From Kiritimatiellia bacterium (lineage in GTDB: Bacteria; Verrucomicrobiota; Kiritimatiellia; RFP12; JAAYLN01): DNA of 64,000 nt. Where the stretch lies: assembly GCA_045627605.1 (NCBI GenBank), contig JAZQOA010000019.1, forward strand, positions 124 to 64,123, written 5' to 3'. This document shows, one piece after another, positions 1 through 10,200 of the stretch. A program made the position numbers and the translations under genes. Within the stretch, counting starts at the first letter, position 1. The number at the start of each line of letters is the position of its first letter. The notes under the pieces were generated by a model that saw only the letters and a program-made list of their open reading frames with translations, did not search any database and was not told where the DNA came from.

Positions 1-235
1 AGACGAGGACGAACGGGATCAGCGCCGCGCAGGTGACGAGGCCGAAGAGCGCGCGGTAGATGTTCACCATCTCCTCCTCCATGTGCCGGAAGGAGTCCGT
101 CGGCCCGTAGTGCGGCGCGGCGTACGGGTTGCCGCCCGCGAGTTGGCGGCGCGTCTTGCCGCTCAGCCGCCGGCGGGGCCGGGCGGCGTCGCTGGCGACT
201 GGTTTTCGCGTTGTCCCCCTGGTCTTCTTTCGCAT
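1..235 (-). CDS. hypothetical protein, N-terminal part (gene continues beyond window start)
   Basis: Minus-strand ATG at 235-233 with GGGAG 9 nt upstream. Reads MRKKTRGTTRKPVASDAARPRRRLSGKTRRQLAGGNPYAAPHYGPTDSFRHMEEEMVNIYRALFGLVTCAALIPFVLV..., a basic N-terminus followed by a hydrophobic segment, open to position 1. No family recognised. Confidence 0.4.
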   Translation of the reverse strand, partial: MRKKTRGTTRKPVASDAARPRRRLSGKTRRQLAGGNPYAAPHYGPTDSFRHMEEEMVNIYRALFGLVTCAALIPFVLV

Positions 236-387
236 CGTTTTGAACTCCCGGAACATGGTTCGCTAAATTACATGTGACAAATCTAACACAACGAGATTTT
301 ATTGTCAATGAGATTTTGCGGAATGTTTTGACTGGTTGATGGTGTAGGTGAAGTTGAAGATGGTTGAATTTGCCGGAGGGTTGGCAT

Positions 388-539
388 GATCAGGATCACA
401 ATTCGAAACGATCAGGATCACAATTCGAAACGGTCAGGATCACAATTCGGCATGATCAGGATCACAATTCGAAACGATCATGATCATAATTCGGCATGAT
501 CTGGATCTCAATTCGGATACGATCTGGATCACAACTCAT
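388..539. repeat. tandem array of seven 22-23 bp direct repeats, consensus GATCAGGATCACAATTCGAAAC
   Basis: Units at 388-409, 410-431, 432-453, 454-475, 476-497, 498-520 and 521-539, head to tail without spacers. Two GATC per unit in all but one unit (13 GATC by hand count). The last three units are degenerate. Confidence 0.95.
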
Positions 540-639
540 GGGACAATCCCGCCTCCCCCGCATTCTTCAAACTTGCGCCACGCGGCTAAATTTGAGAAAA
601 TAGATGAAATGCCTTTAACCTCGCAAGAAGGAGTTTGAA

Positions 640-1275
640 ATGCGCAATATAGCCTTGTTTGCGGCCGTGGCTGTCGCGGCCGCCCTCGCCCTGCCGGCTT
701 TCGCCGAGACGAAGATCGCCACCATTGACCTCGAAAAGGTCGTCCGGCTCCATCCCAACACGGCTTCCGACAAGAAGTTGCTTGAGAAGACGCTCCAGGA
801 CTACACCCAGGAGGCCGATGCTCTTGAGGCCGCCGCCGTGGCGGCGCGCAAGGAGTTCGAGGCCGTCGCCGCCGACATGCGCAACCCCGCGCTTGGCGAG
901 AAGGCGAAGAAAAAAGCCGAGGAAGAAGCCCGCGCCAAGTTTGAGGCGGCCAAGCAGGCCGAGCAGGCGGCAATTGAAAAGAAGCGCAGCCTCCAGCGCA
1001 ACCTCACCGACCAGGAGGTGAGGATGCTCAAGCGCACGCTCGACGAGATCGAGGATGTCATTGCGAAATACGCCAAGGACAACGGCGTCTCCGCCGTGCT
1101 GCCGACCAGCGGCGCCAAGCTGGGCATCGCCCCCGCCGTCTTCTGGACGGACGATTCCCTCGACATTACCGCCGAGATCATGAAGATCATGAAGATCGAG
1201 GACGTGCCCGAGGAGGCCGAAGCCGACAAGGCCACTGAGGCGAAATCCGAGGAAAAGGCCGGGAAGCAGCAATGA
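640..1275 (+). CDS. skp: OmpH/Skp-family periplasmic chaperone
   Basis: 211 aa with an AAGGAG RBS. Signal peptide [22 protein letters not shown], then a Lys/Glu/Ala-rich coiled-coil body. Lies immediately upstream of lpxD, as in the classical skp-lpxD arrangement. Confidence 0.8.
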   Translation: MRNIALFAAVAVAAALALPAFAETKIATIDLEKVVRLHPNTASDKKLLEKTLQDYTQEADALEAAAVAARKEFEAVAADMRNPALGEKAKKKAEEEARAKFEAAKQAEQAAIEKKRSLQRNLTDQEVRMLKRTLDEIEDVIAKYAKDNGVSAVLPTSGAKLGIAPAVFWTDDSLDITAEIMKIMKIEDVPEEAEADKATEAKSEEKAGKQQ

Positions 1276-2321
1276 CCGTTCGTGAATTAACCGAGAAGAT
1301 CGGCGGGACTTTCGAAGGTGACGGCGACGCGGTGCTGACGCGCATGGCGAGTCTCGCCGAAGCGGGCGACGGCGACCTTTCGTTCCTTTCCAACAAGCGC
1401 TACGCCGACCAGGTCGCCACCACGAAGGCGGCGGCGGTCATCGTCTCGGACGACTGGCGCGGGGCGTCGTCGGCCAAGGCGCTTATCCGCGTTGCCAATC
1501 CCGACAAGGCCTTTTCACACGCGGCCCCATATCTTGCGCCCCCGCCTCCCGTGCGTATGCCAGGCATACACCCGACGGCGGTGGTCTCGCCCGAGGCGAA
1601 GTTGGGCGCGGGCGTCCACATCGGTCCCTTCACCGTCATCGAGAAGGGCGCCGAGATTGGCGACGGCGGCGTCATCGAGGCGCAGTGCTTCATCGGAGAG
1701 GACGTCAAGATCGGACCGATGGCCCATCTCTATCCGGGCGTCAAGATCCGCGAGCGGGTCCGCATCGGCGCGAAGTTTATCGCGCACTGCGGCGTCGTCA
1801 TCGGCGGCGACGGTTTTGGCTACTCGATCGACATGCCCCCCGGCGGGCTTCCCGTCGTGGAGAAGATTCCGCAGGTTGGCGTCGTGGCCATCGGCGACGA
1901 CGTCGAGATTGGCTGCAACACGACGATCGACCGCGCCCGTTTCGGCGAGACGCGCATCGGCAGCTGCGTGAAGATCGACAACCTCGTGCAGATCGGGCAC
2001 AACGTCCGCATCGGCAATTTCACGGGCGTCATCGCCCAGGCCGGCATCGCCGGCAGTACGACCGTCGGCAACGGGGTGCGCATCTGGGCCCAGGCCGGGC
2101 TTTCGGGCCACCTGCACATCGGAGACGGGGCGCAGGTCGGGCCGCAATGCGGCGTCGCGCGCGATGTCGCGCCGGGCGCCTACGTCATCGGCACGCCGGA
2201 GCAGAGTCTCCGCGATGTCGTGGCAATGCAGGCGGCCCCCAAGCACATCTTGAAACTGAAGTCGCAGATCAGGGAACTTGAGGCGAAAATCGCCAAGCTG
2301 GAAGGAAAATTGGGGCAATGA
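1272..2321 (+). CDS. lpxD: UDP-3-O-acylglucosamine N-acyltransferase
   Basis: 349 aa. LpxD-type N-terminal domain ([13 protein letters not shown]) followed by a long run of hexapeptide left-handed beta-helix repeats and a C-terminal helix. ATGA overlap with the skp stop. Confidence 0.9.
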   Translation: MTVRELTEKIGGTFEGDGDAVLTRMASLAEAGDGDLSFLSNKRYADQVATTKAAAVIVSDDWRGASSAKALIRVANPDKAFSHAAPYLAPPPPVRMPGIHPTAVVSPEAKLGAGVHIGPFTVIEKGAEIGDGGVIEAQCFIGEDVKIGPMAHLYPGVKIRERVRIGAKFIAHCGVVIGGDGFGYSIDMPPGGLPVVEKIPQVGVVAIGDDVEIGCNTTIDRARFGETRIGSCVKIDNLVQIGHNVRIGNFTGVIAQAGIAGSTTVGNGVRIWAQAGLSGHLHIGDGAQVGPQCGVARDVAPGAYVIGTPEQSLRDVVAMQAAPKHILKLKSQIRELEAKIAKLEGKLGQ

Positions 2322-3295
2322 AAGTTCTTGTCACTGGCGGCAGCGGCTACATCGGCAGCGTCACGATCCGGCGGCTGATGGCGGCCGGACATGAAATCGC
2401 AATCTTCGACAACCTCGAACGCGGCCATCGCGAGTCGATTCCCGAGGGCGTCTCGCTCCACGTCGGCGACTTGCGCGATGCCGAGTCGATTCGCGCGGCC
2501 GTGAAGGCCGAGAAGCCCGACGCCGTGATGCACTTCGCCGCCTACGCACTCGTCGGCGAGTCAATGCGCCAGCCCGAACTTTACTTCGGCAACAATGTCT
2601 CCGGCGGCGTGAATCTGCTGGAGGCAATGCGCGCGGAAGACGTCCGCCACATCGTCTTCTCCTCAAGCTGCGCCACTTACGGCGAGCCTGGAACCGACCT
2701 CATCTCGGAGGAGACCCCGCAGCGACCGACCAACCCCTACGGCGAGTCGAAGCTCATCTTCGAGAAGATGCTCCGCTGGTACGGCGAAATCCATGGTTTC
2801 AAGACGATGGCCCTCCGCTACTTCAACGCCTGCGGCGCCGAAGGCGAACTCGGCGAGGACCACCGCGTCCCGTGCGAGACCCATCTCATCCCGCTCGTCC
2901 TGCGCGTTGCGCTCGGACAGGCGGAGAAGGCGAAGATCTTCGGCGACGACTACGCCACGCCCGACGGCACCTGCATCCGCGACTACGTCCACGTCAGCGA
3001 CTTGGCGGACGCCCATTTGCGCGCCCTTGAATCGGGCGTGACGGGCGCCGTGAACCTCGGCACCGGGCGCGGCTTCTCCGTCCGCGAAGTGGTTGAGAGC
3101 GCCCGTCGCGTGACGGGGTGCGCCGTTCCGGCCGAAGTGACGCCACGCCGCGGCGGCGACCCCGACAAGCTTGTCGCGAAGGTTGGCCTCGCCTACGAGA
3201 AGCTGGGCTGGAAGGCCGCCTACACCGACATCGACGCCATCGTCGAAAGTGCCTGGAAGTGGCACGTCGCCCATCCGCACGGCTATTCAAAGTAA
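2318..3295 (+). CDS. galE: UDP-glucose 4-epimerase (NAD-dependent epimerase/dehydratase)
   Basis: 325 aa. Rossmann motif [14 protein letters not shown], catalytic YxxxK ([10 protein letters not shown]), GalE-like C-terminal half. ATGA overlap with lpxD. Confidence 0.85.
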   Translation: MKVLVTGGSGYIGSVTIRRLMAAGHEIAIFDNLERGHRESIPEGVSLHVGDLRDAESIRAAVKAEKPDAVMHFAAYALVGESMRQPELYFGNNVSGGVNLLEAMRAEDVRHIVFSSSCATYGEPGTDLISEETPQRPTNPYGESKLIFEKMLRWYGEIHGFKTMALRYFNACGAEGELGEDHRVPCETHLIPLVLRVALGQAEKAKIFGDDYATPDGTCIRDYVHVSDLADAHLRALESGVTGAVNLGTGRGFSVREVVESARRVTGCAVPAEVTPRRGGDPDKLVAKVGLAYEKLGWKAAYTDIDAIVESAWKWHVAHPHGYSK

Positions 3296-3348
3296 GGACG
3301 GCATGGCACCGCGCCCCGCCGCGTCCGCGATTCCCACGGATTCCCGAC

Positions 3349-4224
3349 ATGCTTGAAATCATTGCCGACAGTTTCCTCGACACGGTCAAGGCCCTGCCGT
3401 ATCTCTTCGGCGCATACCTGCTGATCGAATGGCTCGCGCACAAGGCCGGCGAGACGTTTAAGCACGGGCTTTGCAAACTGGGTGGCCTCGGCCCCGTGGG
3501 CGGTGCCTTGCTCGGGCTCGTGCCGCAGTGCGGCTTTTCCGTCGCGGCGGCCAACTTCTACGCCGACCGCATCATAACGCCCGGCACCCTCGCCGCCGTC
3601 TTCATCTCGACGTCGGACGAGGCCCTGCCCATTCTCCTTTCCAATCCCGACCGCTGCCAGTCGATCCTGCCGCTGCTCGGCGTCAAGTTCCTTTTCGCGG
3701 TCGTGCTCGGCCTGGCCGTCGATGTTGGTCTCCGGAGATTCTGGTTGCCGGTCTGGGAACGCGACTCGGAATTGCGCCACGACCACGCGCACGCCCACCG
3801 CGAAGACCACGGCGAAGAAGAACACTGCACGCACACCCACTGCCATGGGGGCATTTGGCGCATCGCGCTTGTCCACGCGCTCAAGGTCTCGCTGCTGATC
3901 TTCGTCATCACGGCGTTGCTCAACCTCGGCCTCGCCGCCCTTGGCGAGGAACGCACAGCGGCCTTCCTGATGCACGGCAGCCGCTTCCAGCCAGTCCTCG
4001 CGGCACTCTTCGGGCTTGTGCCAAGCTGCGCCGCATCGGTTTTCCTCACGCAACTTTACCTCGAGGGGTCGTTGACGTTCGGTTCCGTTGTCGCCGGACT
4101 CGCGACCGGTGCCGGAACGGGCATCCTCGTTCTTTGCCAGGCGTGCCGCAGCAAGAAGGAAGCCGCACTGATCCTGTTCGGTCTCTTTCTCGCTGGCGCG
4201 GCGATCGGCGTGTTGATCGGGTAG
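3349..4224 (+). CDS. putative 10-TM heavy-metal exporter (ArsP_2/DUF2899-like) with a His-rich loop
   Basis: ATG at 3349 is an internal Met of the 368-aa ORF; the upstream part of that ORF is Arg-rich read-through overlapping the galE end. N-terminus MLEIIADSFLDTVKALPYLFGAYLLIEWLAHK and the motifs GLVPQCGFSVAAANFY and STSDEALPIL match my memory of this family. Central loop is HDHAHAHREDHGEEEHCTHTHCHGG. Confidence 0.55.
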   Translation: MLEIIADSFLDTVKALPYLFGAYLLIEWLAHKAGETFKHGLCKLGGLGPVGGALLGLVPQCGFSVAAANFYADRIITPGTLAAVFISTSDEALPILLSNPDRCQSILPLLGVKFLFAVVLGLAVDVGLRRFWLPVWERDSELRHDHAHAHREDHGEEEHCTHTHCHGGIWRIALVHALKVSLLIFVITALLNLGLAALGEERTAAFLMHGSRFQPVLAALFGLVPSCAASVFLTQLYLEGSLTFGSVVAGLATGAGTGILVLCQACRSKKEAALILFGLFLAGAAIGVLIG

Positions 4225-4270
4225 GGGACTTCCCGGTCCACGCCGCGATTTTTTATGGCGGACAGCCCGC

Positions 4271-7200
4271 CTACGGCTTGTCCGTAACCTCCACCTTGTA
4301 GAAGCGGACCGGGTCCGCAGCCTCCGCCGAGAACGGCACGTCTTCGTTTGATGCGCTGAACTTGAAGAGCTCCGTCGTCCACGGGCCGGATGGCGATGCC
4401 GCCGACTTGAGCTCGTAGCGGAGCCCGCCCTTCACGTTCGAGACGTTGAAACTGATCCGTCCGTCGCCCGACAGCGTAAGCGCCGGTCCGTCTCCGTCCG
4501 CGAACGCTGGCGTGACCTTCGTCGGATCGAGCTGTAAAGCCCGTACGATGCCGCCGCTCGCGATGGGAGCGCGGTAATAGTCCGACGGCACTTTGAGATG
4601 AATCTTCGTGAGGTCCTGTCCCTCCGCAAAGGCAATCTCGACACCCGGCGCGAGCATGATGTCGGTGTCTTTCTCCAGCTTCTCCAAAAGCTGCATCTTC
4701 GCTCCGTACGCCGCGCCTTCCACCGTCTTGACGAGTTCGTCCTCCAACACCGTGACCGTATTGGTCGACTTGCCGTCCGCGGACACTTCCTTGATCGTGT
4801 AGCGCGTCACGGACGAGCCGGACTCCAGACAGCCGAGATCGACGTGCTCACCCGCGAGTCGCGGATTGCCGGCAAGGTCCCAGCCTGTCGCCACCCACGC
4901 GAGGTCCTCTCCCGCATCGATGCACGGCGAGCCCGCCGCCAGCGAATACGGTACGGCGTCCGCGCCCGTTGCGTAGCCCGGCGCATCGCCGACGTAGCAG
5001 TTCGACCAGGTCGCGCCGGTCTTCGGACACCACACGCCCGGCTCGCCGCCGAGCGACACGTTGCCGCTCAGAATGCAGTTGACGAGCGAGCCCGCCGTCA
5101 CCGTCGCCTCCTTGTTGTTAGCGAGCGCGAAGTTGACGGCGCCAAACCCGCCAATGAAGTTGTCGGCGATCGTGCAGTTCTCGACCTTGCCCTTGAAGAT
5201 CTGGACGATTCCCGAGTGGTTCGTGTTGGCCGTCGTCTCCGTGAGCGCGTTCGTGCAGCAGGTGATCAGCGAATTGCGCATCACCGCCGAAGCGTGGTTC
5301 ACGACGACCGGAGCCTGGCAGGTGAACGTGGTCTTGTTGTCGCAGTTGCCGCGGATCTGATAGCCGTGAATCCAGCAGCCGTCGACGACGCAAGAGGCGC
5401 CGGTCAGGTAAATGGCCGCCGTGCCGGTGTAGCTGTAGTCGTGGACGTCGAGGCCGCGTCCGTCCAGCTCGCAGCCGACGAGCTTGCCGCTGCCCCAGAG
5501 GTTGACGATCTGGCCGGCCGAGAGACGCCCAGTGTCGCGGATGATGCAGTTTTCCACGGTGCCCGCGCCGATGTCCAGCGCGGCCGCGTAGTTCGCCTGG
5601 ATTGCGGACGACGAATAGCCGCCCGTCAGCGTGAAGCCGGAGACGACCGCCTTGTCGTTGTAGACCGTGAAGTGGCGGTGGACGCGGTCCGTGATCGCCT
5701 TGGAACTGTCGAGGATAGTCTTCTCCGGACCTTCCATGCTCTTCAGCTCGACGGCGCGTCCGATCGCGACACACGGCAGCGGCAGCGTGTACGTGCCGGG
5801 ACCAACCAGCACCCGCGGACTCCCGACCTCAAGCGCCGCGGCGAGGTCGTCCGTCGCCTTGTCCATCGTGTCATACGGCCAGACGCCCTTGCCGCCGTCA
5901 GCCTTCACGTAGCAGACAGACGGCAACACGCGCGCCACGTCCGCAAGCGTGTACGACACCGTCTGTCCGCCGCGCGTCACCGTGAGCGTCACCGCGTAGA
6001 GTCCCGGCGCCGCATAGGAATGGTCGACGACCGGCCAGCCCGTCGCCGTCGTGCCGTCCCCGAAGTCCCAGACCGCCGCGACGTCGCCGGTGCCCGTCGC
6101 CTTGCCGGTGAACGTGACCGCGAGCTGGTGTCCGGGCGCGGACTCCTCCGCGCTCGCCTCGAAGCCGATCTCCAGCTCGTCCGTCGCCTGATGCTCGTAG
6201 CAGCCGAGGTCCACCGCCGCGCCGACGACGCGTGCCGAGCCCGCGAGGTCGAACTCTCCGAAGAGCGACGCGTCGCCGTTCTTCTCGCCGCCCGCGTCCA
6301 CGCACTTCGACAGGCCCGCCAGCCGATAGTCGCCGTTCGCCTCGTCCGCGAAATTCGGATTGCCGTTCAGGTTGTGGTTCGGATTGTCCTTCGTCACGAC
6401 GTCCAGCTGGTCGCAGAGCGTCGTGTAGACATAGCCGACGTTGGCGTTGTTGTAGATGTCGCCGTAGGCGTTCATCGCGGACCGGTTGCCGCGGATGATG
6501 CAGTTCTCGACCAGCGCCGTATTCGCCGCAACGCGGATGCCGGAGTTCGGTCCGCGCACCTCGTTGTTGACGATCGTGCAGTTGATGACACGCGAATGGG
6601 CGTCCGCATAGACGATGTTGCCGCGGTTCGCATTGAGGTCGATGCCCATCTGGTTGTCCGCGACGAGCGCGTTCCGGAGGACAATCGGCGCCGTCGCCGC
6701 CGAGCCCTTCAGGTTGATCATCGAGTAGTTGGCGCTGAGGCCGCCGAGTAGCCAGTTGCACATCGCGAGCCCGTCGATCGTCGCGCCCTTCGCGCCAATC
6801 GCGTTCACGTAGATGCCGCCCTGCACGTTGCCCGCGAGGACCGGCTGCGGCGGCAGCAGGATGTCCGTCGCAAGGACATGTCCGACCGTCGCGTTGATGT
6901 TGAGGAAGGTCGAATTCGCCGCGGCGCGCGCATGGAACGAGACGTCCGAGACCGTGCCCGCCGTGAGGTCGACGCCCAGGTTGCGTCCCGTCGTCGTGTG
7001 CGCCGTGTTCGTGAAGGTGAAGCCCGCGAGCAGCGCGCCGTCCGCCGTCACGTACGCGCCGTTGCGCGGATAGACAAACCCGCCGTCCATCAGCGTCCGT
7101 TCGCGCCCGCCGACGCCGATCACGTTGACGCGCTTGGCGAGCCGGATGCACGTCAGGTAGTCGGCCTTCGCGTTGAAGCTCCGCTCCGTTCCGAAGTAAT

Positions 7201-10200
7201 GTCCCGGCGCGACAAGCACGGTCGCCCCTTCCTCCGCGGCATCGACCGCCGCCTGGACGGTCGCGTACGCGTCGTCCCACGACGTGCCCTTGTTCGCGTC
7301 GTCACCGTCGGGGCTTACGTAGACGTAGTCGCCCGCCGCGAGCTGCGTCATCTGGCGCTCCCACTCGACCTTGGTGGCGAAGCCGTCATGCACATAGTCG
7401 AGCGTACTGCCCGTACCGGAGTCCGTCTCGGTCCACGCGCCCGTCACCGGATCGAGCCGGTAACGCCTCCAGCCCGTGCAAGTCGACTTCGCCCACGCGC
7501 CGTAGGTCTCTTCGGCGGGAACGGAGAGCGTCCGCTTCGCCCCCATCGCGAGCCCGTCAAGCACCGCGTTGCCGACAACCAGGCGTTCGTTAAGGGGAAG
7601 CCCGGCCTCAAGCGGCTTGTCCTGGACGGCGCTCTTCAGGTAGGCTCCCGAGACGGCATCATAGAGCGCAACCTCGGACGAACCGTCAGCGAGGAACCGC
7701 ACGCAGGGCTTTAGGTCAAGGACGGCCTCGCCGGATGCATCGCGCACCGTGAAGGCGTAGAGGCGTCCCGTGAAGTTGGCGCCCGTCGCGGCGGTCGAGC
7801 CGTTGCCGATCAGAAGCGCCGCGGTGGAAGTCGAAGCCGCAACCGACTCCAGCACTTCGCCGTCGATGACGACGTTGCCTGTACCGCGTTCGCGGTAGAC
7901 AACGGTATGGACGTTCCCGTCGCAGAGCGCGACGTTCGTGCCGACGGACTTGCCCGTGCGGTTGGATCCGTTCAGTCCCCAACGCCAGTAGCTGCCGGCC
8001 ATCGACAGCGCATAGTAGTTCGCCCCCTTGGAGGTGCCGAACACCCAGCCGTTGTTCAGGTAGTCGCAGCTGAAGGTCGCCGTCGTCTCGTGGTCGGACG
8101 GGATGACGGACGTCGTCACGTACGCCCCCTTCGGGAAGACGACGGAGTCGAGGAAGCGCGGACCGAAGTCCGCCCGGATCGTGCGCGCGCGGTTCATCGT
8201 CACGGTGATCGTGGGGCTCTTCGGATCGGCCGTGCCAATGTCGCCCGTCCACCCCCAGAATCGTTCGCCGGTCTTGGGCGTGGCGGTCAAGGTGACTGCG
8301 GCGTCGTAAGCCTTCCATCCGCTCGCGGCGGTCACGGTTCCCTTCGTCGCGTCAAGCGGAGCGACGTCAAGCCTGCACTCGACGTCCCACTGGGCGACGA
8401 GCCGCGCGTCCGTGTTGCCGTGGGTGTAGGTGAAGTTCGCGGTCTTGGTCGTCGTCGTGCCGCCCTGCGTCAGCTTCCAGCCCGTGCAGGTCGCGCGCAT
8501 GCCGTCGCCGACAGTCTGCTGGGCGGATGGCTTCTTGACCGCGATCGTCTCGCCCGACTTGTGCCAGTGCGTGACGCCGTACTTGACGCCCAGCGCGTCG
8601 CACGGGAAGCAGATGGGGTTCCCGGAGACTACGATGGACGAGCCTGGCCTGATTAACGCCCACCGGAGCGCCTCGAAGTCACGCGTCCCCTCGCTCGGAT
8701 AGAAGCGGTCCTGCACGGCGTCGTAGAGTCCGTACTTGCCGTTCCGGTAGCTGCCGGCGAGATCCGAGACGAGCATTTCACGTCCGCAGACACGGTCCGC
8801 GAGCTGCATCGAGTAGAAGTCGACTGCGGCGGCGTTGCTCCAGCCAGACCCCGGCTGGTTGTAGCTCATGAAGAGCGACATGTCGCCGCCTGCGGTGAAG
8901 GACGCGGCGGGAGCGGTGAACGCCTTCTGCAGCTTCTGCGTGTCGTAGGTGACGTTGGACATCACGTTGCCGGCGATCGTCAGCTGGTAGAGCGTGTCGC
9001 GCCCGAGCGCCGACTTCGTGTCGCTGCGAACGGGACCGTAGTCGAAGCGCTGGTTCTTGCCGACGGAAAGGAAGTAGGAGAAGTCATCGAGGCTCGTCGA
9101 CGTCCCGCTCGTCCGCGCACCCCACAGGCACTGGTTCACGTCCGCGCTCGGCGCGTTCACGAGCGAGAAGAGCGCGGACGCCACGGTCTCGCTCGACGGA
9201 CGGTAGTCGAGCTGCACGCGCTGGCCCTCCGAACCGCCCGCACCGTCCGTCCGCAGGAAATCGTAGTACGCCCCGTCCGGAACCGCCGCGGCCTCGTCGC
9301 CAGCCATGAAGAGGAGCTGCGACTTGACGTAACGCTCCGTCTTGGTCGATCCGTCGCTGTTGGTGTAGTTCATGATCGTGTAGCCGCTCGCGTAAGACGG
9401 ATCCCACTGCACGGCCGAAAGCTTGCTGGGCAGGAGCGAGCTCTTCATCGCAAGCGTCGTCGACCCGCCGCCGTCCAGCACGTAGCCGCCGTCGCAGCCG
9501 CAGGCCTGGAGCAGTGTGCACGAGTCGAGGTAGGTGATGCCTTTCGAGACCGAGCGCCGTCCGTCGATCACAAAGAGGTAGATGATGCCCGTCTTTTCGT
9601 TGACGCCCAACACGGGGAAACCTGCCGTTGGGTTGCCCGAGGTCCAGGAGGTTCCCTCCAGCGAGCACTTGCCGTCGATGAGCACGCAATCGCTCGGAAG
9701 CGCGTTGTCCCAGTGCTCGAGAATGCGCGGCGTGCCGAAGCCGCGCGTGAAGCGGAAGAGCTTGTAGGGGTCGTTGTCATTGAAGAGGAGCCCGCCGCCA
9801 CCGCTGACGTCCGGGTTCACGACGGTTCCGCCGACCTTCGTGCGGTAGGAGAGCTTGCCGGTCGAAGACGAGTAGAACGTCCCGCTTACGCCAAAGAGGG
9901 CGCCGTTGTTCTTCGTGACGGTCGAGGTGCGCGTCAGCGAGTTGTTGACGACGAGCTTCATCTTGAGCTTCGCCTTCTTGTAGTCGATGCGCAAGAGACT
10001 CACGTCGTCCTTCACGCCGAAGAGCTTCGTGTACTGCGCGAACGAGTACTCGACGCCCGGCATGATCTCGCACCACTTCGCGTTCGTGCTCGAGATGCCC
10101 CAGGCGTCCAGGTCCGCGCCGGGGATGGACGCCTTTATCTTTTTCACGGCGTCGGCACCCGAATACACAGTCGCGGCGCCGTAAAGCGTCGTTGCGGCGG

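Noticed and set aside
83-277. 64-aa plus-strand ORF at the window start
   Set aside because: It is antisense to a better-supported minus-strand start (ATG at 235 with a GGGAG RBS), has Arg/Pro/Gly-rich composition and has no RBS.
388-539. The 22-bp repeat array as a CRISPR array or a DnaA-box cluster (oriC)
   Set aside because: The units are contiguous with no spacers and no cas genes are nearby, so it is not CRISPR. GGATCACAA and its complement match the TTATCCACA DnaA-box consensus at only about 4 of 9 positions, and neither dnaA nor dnaN is adjacent. An origin role is therefore unsupported, though the GATC density is retained as a finding.
540-639. SigmaE- or sigma54-type promoter for skp downstream of the repeat array
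   Set aside because: The only GGGACAA...TCAAA pairing has a spacer of about 20 nt (16 expected), and no TGGCAC-N5-TTGC element is present. No promoter call is made.
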